A DNA stretch of 64,000 bases from an uncultured bacterium (GCA_963777505.1 CAVZQN010000003.1:576001-640000); one strand, 5' to 3'; shown: positions 37,647 to 47,654, counted from the stretch's first letter. A program made the numbers and translations. The notes: a model not told the origin generated them from the letters alone.

Positions 37647-38891
37647 CTACTTCTTCAAAATCTCAAGATTTATTTCGAGTGTAATTTTTTTAGGATTCGT
37701 TTTGCCTTCAACATTCATGCTTAAAGCATTGCTGAACTTCTTGTGGAAATTTTCCCCGGTAAGATGAAAATCCAAAGACAGATTTTTAACAATATCAATT
37801 TCCGAAGGATCGAGACGAATTTTTAATTTCTTAGTTATCCTTCGTTCTTTGCCTTTTGAAGCTTCCAAAAGTTCATTCAAAACATCTTCGGTCGAGTCTT
37901 TTGCCTTTTTTATTTCTCTTGTGGTTGCATATGCGCCCGCCTTACCTGTATGAAGTTCTCTCAGGGCATCGAGCTGAGATGCAATGTCGGATGACCGAAC
38001 AGAAATCTTTTTGACTTCTGGCTGAGTGACTGGAACCGCCACTTGAGCAAATTCAACCGTTTCGCGGGCAATTTCAGCGGCTGTCGGAATCCCAACTTCT
38101 TCCTCAGAAATTGGCAAAGAATTTTGTTCAGCAGCATCCAATAATGCTCCTACTTCATCTGAGATTTCTTGAGAAATATCTGCTTCGGGTTCTATCGGAG
38201 GTTGTGGAGTGGGTTGACGATGTTCAGCCATCACTGGAGGCGGAGTGATTGGACGATCCATCGCGCGAACCGCAATATCGGGGATCTTCGGTTTTTCCTC
38301 GCCTAAAGCTTTCCTGCGAAGCATGATTAAAGTGGCTTTTGAAATTCCTTTTAAAGTCTCAAAAACACCATCTCCAATCAGTGCTGATGCTTCAAACCAC
38401 GGAATATTGCGCTCGTTCAAAACGCGGTTCATTTCATCAATCGATGCTACATTTTTGAGATCCCTTTTGTTGTATTGAAATACCATCGGAATATCTTCAA
38501 GTTTCAAGCCAAGTTCTGCAATATTCTCTTCAAGATTTTTGTAACTTTCCAAATTGGCTTCGAACATTGGTTCTTGCGAATCCGCGACAAATACGATTCC
38601 ATCTACACCACGTAAAACAAGTTTCCGTGTATTGTTATAAAAGACCTGACCTGGCACTGTATACAACTGAAAGCGGGTTTTGAATCCAGCAATATTTCCA
38701 ACATCAAGCGGAAGTAAATCGAAGAATAGAGTACGATCGGTTTCAGTTTCGAGGCTGACCATTTCGCCACGGGATTTCGGGGAAGTCTTTTGATAGATAT
38801 ACTGCAGATTGGTTGTTTTCCCGCAAAGGCCAGGACCGTAATATACGATCTTAGCGGCCATCTGCAGTGTCGCGTAGTTAAAGAAAACCAT
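37647..38891 (-). CDS. mglA: MglA-family small GTPase with ~200-aa C-terminal extension
   Basis: KIVYYGPGLCGKTTNL, RTLFFD, YTVPGQVFY, NKRD. Confidence 0.88.
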   Translation of the reverse strand: MVFFNYATLQMAAKIVYYGPGLCGKTTNLQYIYQKTSPKSRGEMVSLETETDRTLFFDLLPLDVGNIAGFKTRFQLYTVPGQVFYNNTRKLVLRGVDGIVFVADSQEPMFEANLESYKNLEENIAELGLKLEDIPMVFQYNKRDLKNVASIDEMNRVLNERNIPWFEASALIGDGVFETLKGISKATLIMLRRKALGEEKPKIPDIAVRAMDRPITPPPVMAEHRQPTPQPPIEPEADISQEISDEVGALLDAAEQNSLPISEEEVGIPTAAEIARETVEFAQVAVPVTQPEVKKISVRSSDIASQLDALRELHTGKAGAYATTREIKKAKDSTEDVLNELLEASKGKERRITKKLKIRLDPSEIDIVKNLSLDFHLTGENFHKKFSNALSMNVEGKTNPKKITLEINLEILKK

Positions 38892-39057
38892 GGTTGTTCG
38901 ACTACCTTTTACCTTGAGCCAGTTTGCCCAAATCGTGTCCGGCAGGCAGGAGAAACCGGTTCACATTGCAAACTGATTTTTTCTCGTAATAATATGTCTC
39001 ATGATAACAGAACCCCTTCTGGAAAATCAATTTGTTCAGGCCTATTACCTTTGAATT

Positions 39058-39519
39058 ATGACATCACTATCTGAAAAGACCATCGCTACGAATCGGAAGG
39101 CGTTTTCCGATTATGACATTCTGGAAAAGTATGAAGCCGGTATTGTGCTTTTAGGCTCAGAAGTAAAATCGATCCGCGATGGAAAAGTAAATTTGAAGGA
39201 TTCATATGCATTGATCAAAAACGAGGAAGCTACTCTACTAAACTGTCATATTTCGCCCTATAACTTTGCACATCAGTTTAATCATGAGCCTTTGCGAACC
39301 AGGAGACTATTGCTTCATCAACGTGAAATCAGCCGGCTGATGGGTAAGATAAAGGAAAAGGGTTTAACGCTTGTTCCGTTGCGCCTTTATTTTAAAGGGA
39401 AGCATATTAAAGTGGAGATTGCGCTTGCAAAGGGGCGCAAGATTTGGGGAAAACGGGACGTGAAGCGCAGGAAAGCCGTGGACAAAGAAGTGCGGAAGGC
39501 ACTAAAATACCGGCGTTGA
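39058..39519 (+). CDS. smpB: SsrA-binding protein
   Basis: NRKA, EAGIVLLGSEVKSIR, HISPY, RLLLH. Confidence 0.96.
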   Translation: MTSLSEKTIATNRKAFSDYDILEKYEAGIVLLGSEVKSIRDGKVNLKDSYALIKNEEATLLNCHISPYNFAHQFNHEPLRTRRLLLHQREISRLMGKIKEKGLTLVPLRLYFKGKHIKVEIALAKGRKIWGKRDVKRRKAVDKEVRKALKYRR

Positions 39520-39529
39520 CGCCTCCTTC

Positions 39530-41206
39530 ATGAAAGCAACCATCGTACTGCTCCTCGTTCCCTTGTTCGCATTTCTTGCGGCCGCAGCGATTTTAGATCC
39601 CGGCAGATATCTTCCTTCCTTTCCAGAAGCCGACACAACTGCCTATCATGCCGCGCGAAGTATTGCTTCCGATTGGGATCTTGCCTATTCATCCCAAGAT
39701 TCCGATCGATATTTCAAAAAATACGATCAGCGTCCAAATCGTTTCAGGCTTACTCTGAAAAAAGTACTTTCTTCGAAAGGCACCTACTTTGAATATCCAG
39801 TTTTTTGTTTGCCTGAAGTTTTTGTGTTTGCTCTCGTTCCATTTGTCTGGGCTTTCGATTTTTCAGGATGGCTCGTGCTGCACACGTTTTGTATTGGAGC
39901 CCTTTTCTGGATCGGCACATTGTTTTACAAGCCGGCGGGTGAAGATTCACGTTGGGCTGCTATCAATGCAATCTTGTACTTTACCTTGATACTCGTTCCT
40001 GTAATGTTTTTAATGCCGACACATCATCTTTTTTTGCTCACTGTAGTGACTGCGGCAATTTATTTTGGACTAAAGGGTTTTCCCATTGTGAGCGCAATAT
40101 TGATAGCAATTGCATTTTCATCTCAGCCCTGGGCGTTACTCATTGGTCTATTTCTTATTGCTTACTGGAAATTTTCGGGACTTCACGGTGAATCACCGAA
40201 GTTCGTCATTACCTTGATCGTTTCGTGTGGCGTTATTTTCGCAATTGAATGGCTGATGTATCCATTGTCAGCGATTTCGGAAACGAGATGGATTGCAACT
40301 GCTCCCGTTGTGCCTGTTAAGCAAGTTTGGAGTACTTTGCCTGTCTTTGAAAAATACCTTATCGGACCTCCGTCGCTGGAGCGCCTGTCAGAGTTCGTAT
40401 TTGGAAGAACTGCGGGATTTATGTCCTACGCAACGGCAGCGCTCTGTTTGATGCTCGCATCGATTTGGAATGTTCGCGACCGTCTTGTAAACAGGGCTCT
40501 CGCTGTTTCTGTTTTAGTTCTTGTGATTATTCCTTTTGTATCCTTCAGAGGAAGAGGGCTGGCCTACTTCACGGATGATTTTGCGATTTTTCTTTGTGCA
40601 ATTGTTTTTTTTATGAGTCCGATGGTAAGGCCGCGATGGTTTCTAATTCTCATACTGTCATTCAGTTCAATCTTTGCCGCACCTCTCGTCTTAAATCCAT
40701 TGGGTGCTCTTTCGTCAAGAATCTATTACTTACAATCGTTTCCATTTAAATACCTACCGCAGGAATTAGATTTCATCGGCATTCATGGTTTAACATCAGA
40801 TCCGGCGTACAAAATGAAAATTCCGGGGGGTACGTTTTACTTTTTGAATCAAAATTTCTATCAAGAGAAAGATTTTATCTGGGTAAGAGGCGAATCCGAA
40901 TTGGAATTTGTGATTGAATCAAACTCACCCGATGTCATTACGCATTTAAAGATTGACAATGGCGAAGTTGAAAATCGAATTTCGGCTGTTGTAACTGGAC
41001 GAGAGGAATTTTTTGCGCTAAAACCGGGTGAAACAAGCTATCTTGATCTGGCTGTTTATAAATCGCGCTTTGTTACTTACAAAGGCAAATATTACCTTCA
41101 TGGTAAAATACAACCTGGCAGCGGTTATGTTCCAAAGCTCTTAAGCCGCGAGAATCCCGATTATCGTTATCTTGGCTGCAAAATTCAGCCATTCGAAAAA
41201 AAATAG
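39530..41206 (+). CDS. Multi-pass membrane protein, possibly a GT-C-like glycosyltransferase
   Basis: ADTTAY...SIASDWDL after TM1, many TM helices, soluble C-terminal domain. Confidence 0.5.
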   Translation: MKATIVLLLVPLFAFLAAAAILDPGRYLPSFPEADTTAYHAARSIASDWDLAYSSQDSDRYFKKYDQRPNRFRLTLKKVLSSKGTYFEYPVFCLPEVFVFALVPFVWAFDFSGWLVLHTFCIGALFWIGTLFYKPAGEDSRWAAINAILYFTLILVPVMFLMPTHHLFLLTVVTAAIYFGLKGFPIVSAILIAIAFSSQPWALLIGLFLIAYWKFSGLHGESPKFVITLIVSCGVIFAIEWLMYPLSAISETRWIATAPVVPVKQVWSTLPVFEKYLIGPPSLERLSEFVFGRTAGFMSYATAALCLMLASIWNVRDRLVNRALAVSVLVLVIIPFVSFRGRGLAYFTDDFAIFLCAIVFFMSPMVRPRWFLILILSFSSIFAAPLVLNPLGALSSRIYYLQSFPFKYLPQELDFIGIHGLTSDPAYKMKIPGGTFYFLNQNFYQEKDFIWVRGESELEFVIESNSPDVITHLKIDNGEVENRISAVVTGREEFFALKPGETSYLDLAVYKSRFVTYKGKYYLHGKIQPGSGYVPKLLSRENPDYRYLGCKIQPFEKK

Positions 41207-41208
41207 AC

Positions 41209-41289
41209 GTAGGGGCCGCCCTTGTGGCGGCCCGAGTTATAAAAAGAATATCTTAGTAAGGGGCGGGCGGCCACAAGGGCCGCCCCTAC
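41209..41289. repeat. REPIN-like pair of GTAG-type REP palindromes
   Basis: GTAGGGGCCGCCCTTGTGGCGGCCC (41209-41233) and GGGCGGCCACAAGGGCCGCCCCTAC (41265-41289). Confidence 0.82.
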
Positions 41290-41311
41290 TAATAAAGGAG
41301 AAAATAGGCGA

Positions 41312-41905
41312 ATGCGAACTCAAATTCTTGCAATCGTTGTCGCGATTGCTGCGGTTTTCCTGTTAGGGAATTCCGTCTTTTCAAAAGACCTCACAGTTCC
41401 GGACTCTGAAATTGCGGTTCTGGAGACATCTATGGGAAACATAACTCTGGAATTCTTTCCGAACGCCGCCCCAAAACATGTAGAAAACTTCAAAACACTT
41501 GCCCGGAAAGGCTTCTACGATGGAGTGAAATTTCACCGTGTAATCAAAGGATTTATGATTCAGGCTGGTGATCCAAACTCAAAAGATGATGATCCAACAA
41601 ATGATGGCGCCGGAAATGCAGGATATACGTTGAAAGCCGAATTTAACAGCATTCCTCATAAGAGAGGAATCCTTTCGATGGCACGCCGCGGCGATAGTGT
41701 AGATACCGCTTCGTGTCAATTTTTTATTATGCATGCAGACCGGCCACAGCTTGATAATCAATACACCGTTTTTGGCCGCGTAGTATCCGGCATGGATGTT
41801 GTTGATAAGATTGCTGTAACACCTACCGGACCGAGGGATAATCCCACTACACCGGTTGTGATCAAAAAAGTTATCCTTGAAAAACGAACCGCCCAAGCAA
41901 AATAA
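41312..41905 (+). CDS. Cyclophilin-type peptidyl-prolyl cis-trans isomerase (exported)
   Basis: APKHVENF, FHRVIKGFMIQAGDP, LSMAR, QFFI, YTVFG; N-terminal signal peptide. Confidence 0.93.
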   Translation: MRTQILAIVVAIAAVFLLGNSVFSKDLTVPDSEIAVLETSMGNITLEFFPNAAPKHVENFKTLARKGFYDGVKFHRVIKGFMIQAGDPNSKDDDPTNDGAGNAGYTLKAEFNSIPHKRGILSMARRGDSVDTASCQFFIMHADRPQLDNQYTVFGRVVSGMDVVDKIAVTPTGPRDNPTTPVVIKKVILEKRTAQAK

Positions 41906-43745
41906 TACCGATCCAGAGGGATCCAACCGAAAGGAGGATCCCTCATCTCTTGAAGAAGTCCGCCAGCGCCTTCAAACTTTCGGATATCTGAACGGCCGCA
42001 TCGAACGCTTCTATCTCGGAAGCTTTACACGCTCAGCTTCACAATTCTTTAACAGATTGTTGTTGGGAATTCGCGTTGGGTTGTTAAGTGGGACTCTTGC
42101 GGCCCTACTAATGACCGCGGGCACCGTTTTATTCAATGTCAGCTTACTGCGTAAGTGGTTGGATATTTTTCTGCTGTTTGTTTACTTCGAGATTTTTTTT
42201 GTTGCGGTTTTTACGTTGCTCGAAGTTGTGCTGACGTATGTTGTCTCCATGTGGCTTCGCTTCGCTGGTGGGCGAAAGTTGTTTGTGGCAGGACAGGCTT
42301 TTAGCTTCCTGACAGGCCTGGCTTTTTTTGTGTACTTCCTGTACTGGGGGTGGACCCGCTCGGGTGTTTTGAGGCTGCTTCCAGATGTTGGCGTCATTAC
42401 TATAATCATAGTACTACTAATCTCCTGTGTATTCGTTGCCCGCTGTGCGTGGCTCGGCTTCGTCGTTGCATTTCATGAAGCGAATTTGCCCTCTGGATTG
42501 CCGAATTGGCGGCGGCATGGCTATGAAGTCTTATTGTGCCTTGCTGCACTTTTGATTCTTGTTCCAATTGTGCTCAAACAGTCTTCAGCGGGTGAAGCCG
42601 ATGAACCTCCCGTCACGGTTTTATCAACTGCCGATCGATGGATTGTAATCGGTGTGGATGGTGTTTCGTTAGATTTGTTGCAGCGTTTTTCCGCATCAGG
42701 AGATTTGCCGAATCTTACAAAAATGATTCCGAAATCTTTTGTTGCTCCCCTGGAGTTTCAAGGCGCTGGTGTTCCACCCGTTGCCTGGACGACTGTTGCG
42801 ACCGGTGTACCTCCGGAAGAACACGGGATCCTGATGCCTGAAGTTCGGCGTCTTGAAGGAGTCAGTTCATGGATGCAAGTCACTCCATTTGAACTTGCAG
42901 TTCATTCTGTACTTGTCAGGGCTGGACTCGGACAACGCCAACCGGTTTCTGGATATATGCGCCACACAAAAGCATTTTGGGAAATTTTGTCGGACAGTGG
43001 GATCCAAACAGGAATTGTTAATTGGTGGGGAAGCTGGCCTGCACGTAAATTGCGCGGTTGGAATGTTTCTGAACGTTACTATTACAAGATTAGTTCCGCA
43101 AGCTCTCCGCAAGATGACGCATATCCCCCTGAACTCTTTGATGCATACAAATCCCTCGCTGGCAAAACGTCAACGAAAATTGATGGACCTTCTCTCGATC
43201 GATTCTATGCTTCAGTATTTGAATCTCTGATTCTTGATAGTCCAACTCGTGTTTCTGCAGTTTATCTGCCAGGTCATGACATCTTGAATTACGAATTTGT
43301 TGACCGGAAGCAAATGGACGCCTTTGTTTATACAACGCGCTTTCGAGAACACATCAAATGGTTCGATTCAACAATCGGAAAGATTGTTGGTGACTTGGGG
43401 GATATCCGGGTGATGGTGATTTTGTCTGCAGGCCGTTCGCTGCCGGGTCATTCGAGTGGAGTGCTCGTGTATGGCGGTGACGCCTGGAAAAAGGGATGGA
43501 TGAAGGATCAATCTTTTCCAGAACGCTCAGTGACACCACTGATTCTTTATACTTGCGGAGTTCCGATTTCGCGTTCCATGAAAGAGGATCTTTTGAAAGC
43601 TGTATTACCTTCCGAATTGTTGGCCCGAATTCCTGTTCGGGCGGTTGGATCGTATATTAAAAAAGATCGTGTTGATATCGAACATGCAGGTGAATTTAAC
43701 GATTTGCTCGTCGAACAAATGAAATCCCTCGGCTACCTCCAGTAA
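41877..43745 (+). CDS. Membrane-anchored alkaline phosphatase superfamily (sulfatase/phosphodiesterase-like) protein
   Basis: N-terminal TMs; VIGVDG, PPVAWTTVATG...HGI, VNWWGSWP, C-terminal KSLGYL. Confidence 0.7.
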   Translation: MKNEPPKQNNTDPEGSNRKEDPSSLEEVRQRLQTFGYLNGRIERFYLGSFTRSASQFFNRLLLGIRVGLLSGTLAALLMTAGTVLFNVSLLRKWLDIFLLFVYFEIFFVAVFTLLEVVLTYVVSMWLRFAGGRKLFVAGQAFSFLTGLAFFVYFLYWGWTRSGVLRLLPDVGVITIIIVLLISCVFVARCAWLGFVVAFHEANLPSGLPNWRRHGYEVLLCLAALLILVPIVLKQSSAGEADEPPVTVLSTADRWIVIGVDGVSLDLLQRFSASGDLPNLTKMIPKSFVAPLEFQGAGVPPVAWTTVATGVPPEEHGILMPEVRRLEGVSSWMQVTPFELAVHSVLVRAGLGQRQPVSGYMRHTKAFWEILSDSGIQTGIVNWWGSWPARKLRGWNVSERYYYKISSASSPQDDAYPPELFDAYKSLAGKTSTKIDGPSLDRFYASVFESLILDSPTRVSAVYLPGHDILNYEFVDRKQMDAFVYTTRFREHIKWFDSTIGKIVGDLGDIRVMVILSAGRSLPGHSSGVLVYGGDAWKKGWMKDQSFPERSVTPLILYTCGVPISRSMKEDLLKAVLPSELLARIPVRAVGSYIKKDRVDIEHAGEFNDLLVEQMKSLGYLQ

Positions 43746-43957
43746 AAACTCCGCGTCTTTGCAGTAATCAGGTCTCGGCTACTTTAATAAAACTTAGCGT
43801 CTTTGCGGTAATCACCTTGCAAAAGTGATACTTTTTTGTTAATTTTTACCTCAAACATACAGCCAATAAAACTGTACTAGTTTATCTTCCTTACCGACTC
43901 ACAAATTTCTGTTCGTGAAGCACTGGTAGGTGATTACTGGAAGGAGGCATACTGACC

Positions 43958-44281
43958 TTGAACAGGAAATTGATCAGACCGAATTTGACGGAGATCAAAG
44001 AGCAGCAGTTCGGTTCAAAAACGAATCGAAAAAAACCTGCACCACCGGAACAAACGAATGCGGAGAGTTATTATTTTATCCGCCAGATGAACAATAAAAC
44101 TCCGATGGTTATCTCTTTAAACGACGGAGAAGAGATTCACGGAATTATTGAATGGTACGATAAACGTACAATTAAAGTACATCGCAATGATGGGCCGAAT
44201 TTATTGATCTATAAGGACAGAATTAAGTACATATACAAAGATCCGGCTTACGAGAACAATTCTGAAGACGAAGACAGATAA
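43958..44281 (+). CDS. hfq: Hfq-like (Sm-fold) RNA chaperone
   Basis: KTPMVISLNDGEEIHGIIEWYD...LLIYKDRI resembles Sm1/Sm2; SD GGAGG before TTG. Confidence 0.7.
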   Translation: MNRKLIRPNLTEIKEQQFGSKTNRKKPAPPEQTNAESYYFIRQMNNKTPMVISLNDGEEIHGIIEWYDKRTIKVHRNDGPNLLIYKDRIKYIYKDPAYENNSEDEDR

Positions 44282-45228
44282 AGTTCCTGCAATTGGTATT
44301 ACGTTAGGAGATTCTGGCAGTATTGGACCCGAAATTATACTGAAGGCCTTTAACCGGAAACTTCCTCGCGCTCGCTACATCGTTTTTGGATCTGCACGAG
44401 TTTTGCATTTCCACTCAAAAAAGCTAGGGATACCATTCCCAAAAAAACAGTTTGATATTGTTGATATAGATAACATTCCTGAGCCCTATTTCGGACCACG
44501 GCCGAAGCAGTCAGGTCCGGCATCGATTGAATATCTGGAACACGCGTTTCGCGAATTCAAATCAGGCAGAATCGCTGGACTCGTGACAGGACCGATTCAA
44601 AAGATAAGCTGGCATCAAACTGGATATAAATATCCTGGCCAGACAGAATTTTGTGCTGAGAAAACAGGGACAAAAAATTTCTGCATGCTAATGGCCGGTA
44701 AGACTTTCCGTATAGCTTTGCTCAGTACACATTTGCCACTGCAAAAAGCACTTACAGGAAGTGAATTCCCAAAATATTTTGAGACTCTTGAAGTTGTTAG
44801 ATTCAGAATTTAGAAAACTTGGCTTTAAGTTACCTCGAATCGGCGTTGCTGCCCTGAATCCACATGCAGGAGAAGAAGGTGTTCTCGGTTCGCAGGAGGA
44901 GGAAATTATTATTCCAGCCTTGAACCGCGCGCGTTCGGAAGGCATTTTAGTTGATGGTCCGATCGCTCCTGAAGTTATTTTTCGGGTCGCAGCAAAAGAG
45001 AACAAGTGGGATGTAATTTTGGCAATGTACCATGATCAAGCAATGATCCCATTAAAGCTTTTAGATTTTGAAAATAGTGCAAATGTCACACTCGGGCTGC
45101 CACTGATTCGAACATCTCCCGATCATGGCACTGCCTTTGACATTGCCGGGAAAGGCAAAGCAAATCCAGGAAGTATGATTTATGCGATCAAGCTTGCGGT
45201 CGATTGGACAAACAAAAAGCAAAAATGA
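44262..45228 (+). pseudogene. pdxA: 4-hydroxythreonine-4-phosphate dehydrogenase PdxA with an apparent 1-nt frameshift at ~44752
   Basis: AIGITLGDSGSIGPE, VTGPIQK, GQTEF, STHLPL in frame 1; LNPHAGE, AMYHDQ, RTSPDHGTAFDIAG in frame 2. Confidence 0.8.
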
Positions 45229-45300
45229 AAAATAAAAAATCAAAAATAAAGAATTAAGCCGAGTTCGTTTTTGCTTTTTTATTTTTCATCTTTTATTTTG
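45215..45300. repeat. Inverted pair of AT-rich 7-nt tandem repeats
   Basis: AAAAAGC-AAAAATG-AAAAATA-AAAAATC-AAAAATA ... TTTTGCTTTTTATTTTTCATCTTTTATTTTG. Confidence 0.6.
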
Positions 45301-45304
45301 AAAC

Positions 45305-45709
45305 ATGCGTTTAATTGCGTTGGATGTTGGAAAACGAAGAATTGGGCTTGCTGTCAGTGATCCTTTACAAGTAATAGCACGTCCTCATTCGACGATTCAA
45401 CGGACTAAGGATTCTCCTGCTGAAATTGCAAAAATCGCTACTGAACTTGATGCGGGGAAAATCTTGATCGGACTTCCTTTGCATTTGAATGGAACAGAAG
45501 GGGAGCAAGCAAAAGAAACCCGATCATTTGCAACAAAACTTGCAAGACACGTATCTGAGATCCAAATTGAATTCGTGGATGAACGGCTTACAACTGTTGA
45601 AGCTAAAGAGCGGCTGGCCGATCGTCGTGGAAGCTGGCATAAAAAAAGGGATAAGATCGATGCATATGCTGCCGCCTCAATCTTACAAAATTATTTAAAC
45701 AATCGATGA
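45305..45709 (+). CDS. yqgF: Pre-16S rRNA nuclease / RuvX (YqgF)
   Basis: LDVGKRRIGLA, GLP, DERLTT, IDAYAA. Confidence 0.92.
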   Translation: MRLIALDVGKRRIGLAVSDPLQVIARPHSTIQRTKDSPAEIAKIATELDAGKILIGLPLHLNGTEGEQAKETRSFATKLARHVSEIQIEFVDERLTTVEAKERLADRRGSWHKKRDKIDAYAAASILQNYLNNR

Positions 45710-46728
45710 CCAAACGCACTAAACGCATTTTCGCTCTTTTATTCTTGCTCGTAATAATCGCTGTTGCCGCAGTTGTTTATGTTGCATGGTATGCCGTAAA
45801 TGCTCCATACCGCGCATACAGTGAGCAAAGGGTTTTTGTTTCAATCCCGCCAGGCATGTCTTTGGATTCCGCTACACGTACACTCGCGAATCGTGGAATT
45901 GTTCGGCATCCCTTGCTTCTAAAAGGCATTTTCTACTACCAGCGTACCCAGTCTCAACTGAAAGCGGGGGACTATGTATTTGACCGTCCGATGACGCCTT
46001 TTGAAGTGTATGCAAAATTGCTTCGCGGAGAACAACAATATCGTGTTTTAACAATTCCCGAAGGCATCAGTACATTTGATTTGGGCGCGATTTTTGAAAA
46101 AGAAGGACTTCCAAAAGCAGATTTTGAAAAGGCTTTAAAATCAACCTCAGTCCTTGCGGAACTTAAGAAAATCGAACCATCACTTACAAGTTCTGAAGGC
46201 TTCTTGTTTCCTGAAACGTACTATTTGAGCAAGAAAGACAATGCTGAAAGAGTTGTGATTGTCATGCTTCAAGAATTCAAAAAACGATTCAGTCCTGAAT
46301 TCAATAAACGTGCCGCGGAACTTGGAATGAATGTCGTTCAGGTTGTAACGCTTGCAAGCTTAATTGAAAAGGAAACAGGACAGGAATCGGAGCGTCCGTT
46401 AATTGGCGGTGTATTTCATAACAGGTTAAAAAAAGGAATGCTGCTTCAATGTGATCCAACTGTCATTTATGCTTTGCGGGTGGAGAACAAGTATAAAGGA
46501 ACGATTACATACGCAGATTTGAAAAAGGAGTCGCTATATAACACGTATGTGACGCCAGGTTTGCCGCCGGGTCCGATCGCAAATCCAGGTGAGGAATCGA
46601 TCCGTGCAGCCCTGTATCCGGAATCAACCGATAAGTTGTATTTTGTGTCGAAAAATGATGGAACTCATCACTTTTCTGCGACCTTAGCTGAGCATAATCG
46701 CGCCGTGCAACAATATCAGCGAAATTAG
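45706..46728 (+). CDS. mltG: Endolytic transglycosylase MltG
   Basis: EGFLFPETY, ASLIEKET, NRL..GMLLQCDPTV, YNTY..GLPPGPI. Confidence 0.95.
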   Translation: MTKRTKRIFALLFLLVIIAVAAVVYVAWYAVNAPYRAYSEQRVFVSIPPGMSLDSATRTLANRGIVRHPLLLKGIFYYQRTQSQLKAGDYVFDRPMTPFEVYAKLLRGEQQYRVLTIPEGISTFDLGAIFEKEGLPKADFEKALKSTSVLAELKKIEPSLTSSEGFLFPETYYLSKKDNAERVVIVMLQEFKKRFSPEFNKRAAELGMNVVQVVTLASLIEKETGQESERPLIGGVFHNRLKKGMLLQCDPTVIYALRVENKYKGTITYADLKKESLYNTYVTPGLPPGPIANPGEESIRAALYPESTDKLYFVSKNDGTHHFSATLAEHNRAVQQYQRN

Positions 46729-46747
46729 AGTTTTGCGTCTCTGCGGT

Positions 46748-47497
46748 TTACGCTTCTGTGGATGATTCGAATTCGGATTTTTCTGAGGCTGGAGGTTGTA
46801 CGAAGAAAAGAATTCTGTTGCAGCTCTCACAAGTAATCACGGAATCATTTCTCTTAATCTCTTGAAATAATTGTGGACGTATTCTCATATGGCATTCCAT
46901 GCAGATTTGATTTTTTGCTTCTGCCATTGCAACACCTTTTCGTCCGCGAGAAGCGCGATCATACACTTCCATAACTTCTTCCGGAACTTGAGGGATCCAT
47001 TTATCTCTTTGGGATTGAAGTGCCTGTAGTTCTGATCGAAGCTGTTCGACCTGTTGTTCAACGACGCTCTTGTCTTTTAGGATGACACTCTCTTCGCGGT
47101 CCAGTGCACCTTGAGCTTCATCAAGTGCACTTTTTATTTGTTCTGCTTCTTCCATCAGCGTTAAGATCTGATCTTCAATCTGACGGATCGCCTGTGTAAC
47201 TCCATCGATCTCATGTTGTAGGGCTGTATATTCCTTATTTGTCTTTGCACTGTCTAGTTGTTCCTTGTATTTTGTTCGTTTTGTCTCTATTAGATTGACG
47301 TCACTATCAAGTTCTCGTCTTTTCTTCGAATTTTCTGCGGTAAGTTCCTTTTTTTCCTGAACATTTCTGCGGAAGCGATCCAGTTTTCGATCGAGTTCCT
47401 GAATTTGGCCAGGCATACCGGAGATTCGAAAGTTAAGAGTTGCAATTTGAAGATCAAGAAAATGAAGTTGAATTAGGGGAGTTAGGTCAACGGCCAT
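46748..47497 (-). CDS. Coiled-coil C4-type zinc ribbon protein (DUF164/CdsZ family)
   Basis: Coiled coil with NKEYTAL..EI; CMECH and CESCNRIL. Confidence 0.85.
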   Translation of the reverse strand: MAVDLTPLIQLHFLDLQIATLNFRISGMPGQIQELDRKLDRFRRNVQEKKELTAENSKKRRELDSDVNLIETKRTKYKEQLDSAKTNKEYTALQHEIDGVTQAIRQIEDQILTLMEEAEQIKSALDEAQGALDREESVILKDKSVVEQQVEQLRSELQALQSQRDKWIPQVPEEVMEVYDRASRGRKGVAMAEAKNQICMECHMRIRPQLFQEIKRNDSVITCESCNRILFFVQPPASEKSEFESSTEA

Positions 47498-47569
47498 TTA
47501 TATATTCACCAGTAAAGAGTTCTTAGAAAATGTAGTTGGATGTGAAGAAATGAAAAGCAAGGAGTAAGG

Positions 47570-47643
47570 TGGGCCCACCTGGATTCGAACCAGGGACCAA
47601 CCGGTTATGAGCCGGTAGCTCTGACCAGCTGAGCTATGGGCCC
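47570..47643 (-). tRNA. tRNA with CAT anticodon, probably tRNA-Ile2 (lysidine)
   Basis: GGGCCCATAGCTCAGCTGGTCAGAGCTACCGGCT-CAT-AACCGGTTGGTCCCTGGTTCGAATCCAGGTGGGCCCA cloverleaf; paired 1:72, so not initiator; downstream of rpoD; genomic 3' end reads CCT, not CCA. Confidence 0.92.
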
Positions 47644-47654
47644 GAGCGCTTTCT

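Noticed and set aside
39058-39530. tmRNA gene next to smpB
   Set aside because: No intergenic space and no GGGGxTG...CCACCA tmRNA ends seen
47570-47643. tRNA as an integration site for a prophage or island
   Set aside because: No integrase in the window and no duplicate of the tRNA 3' end noticed
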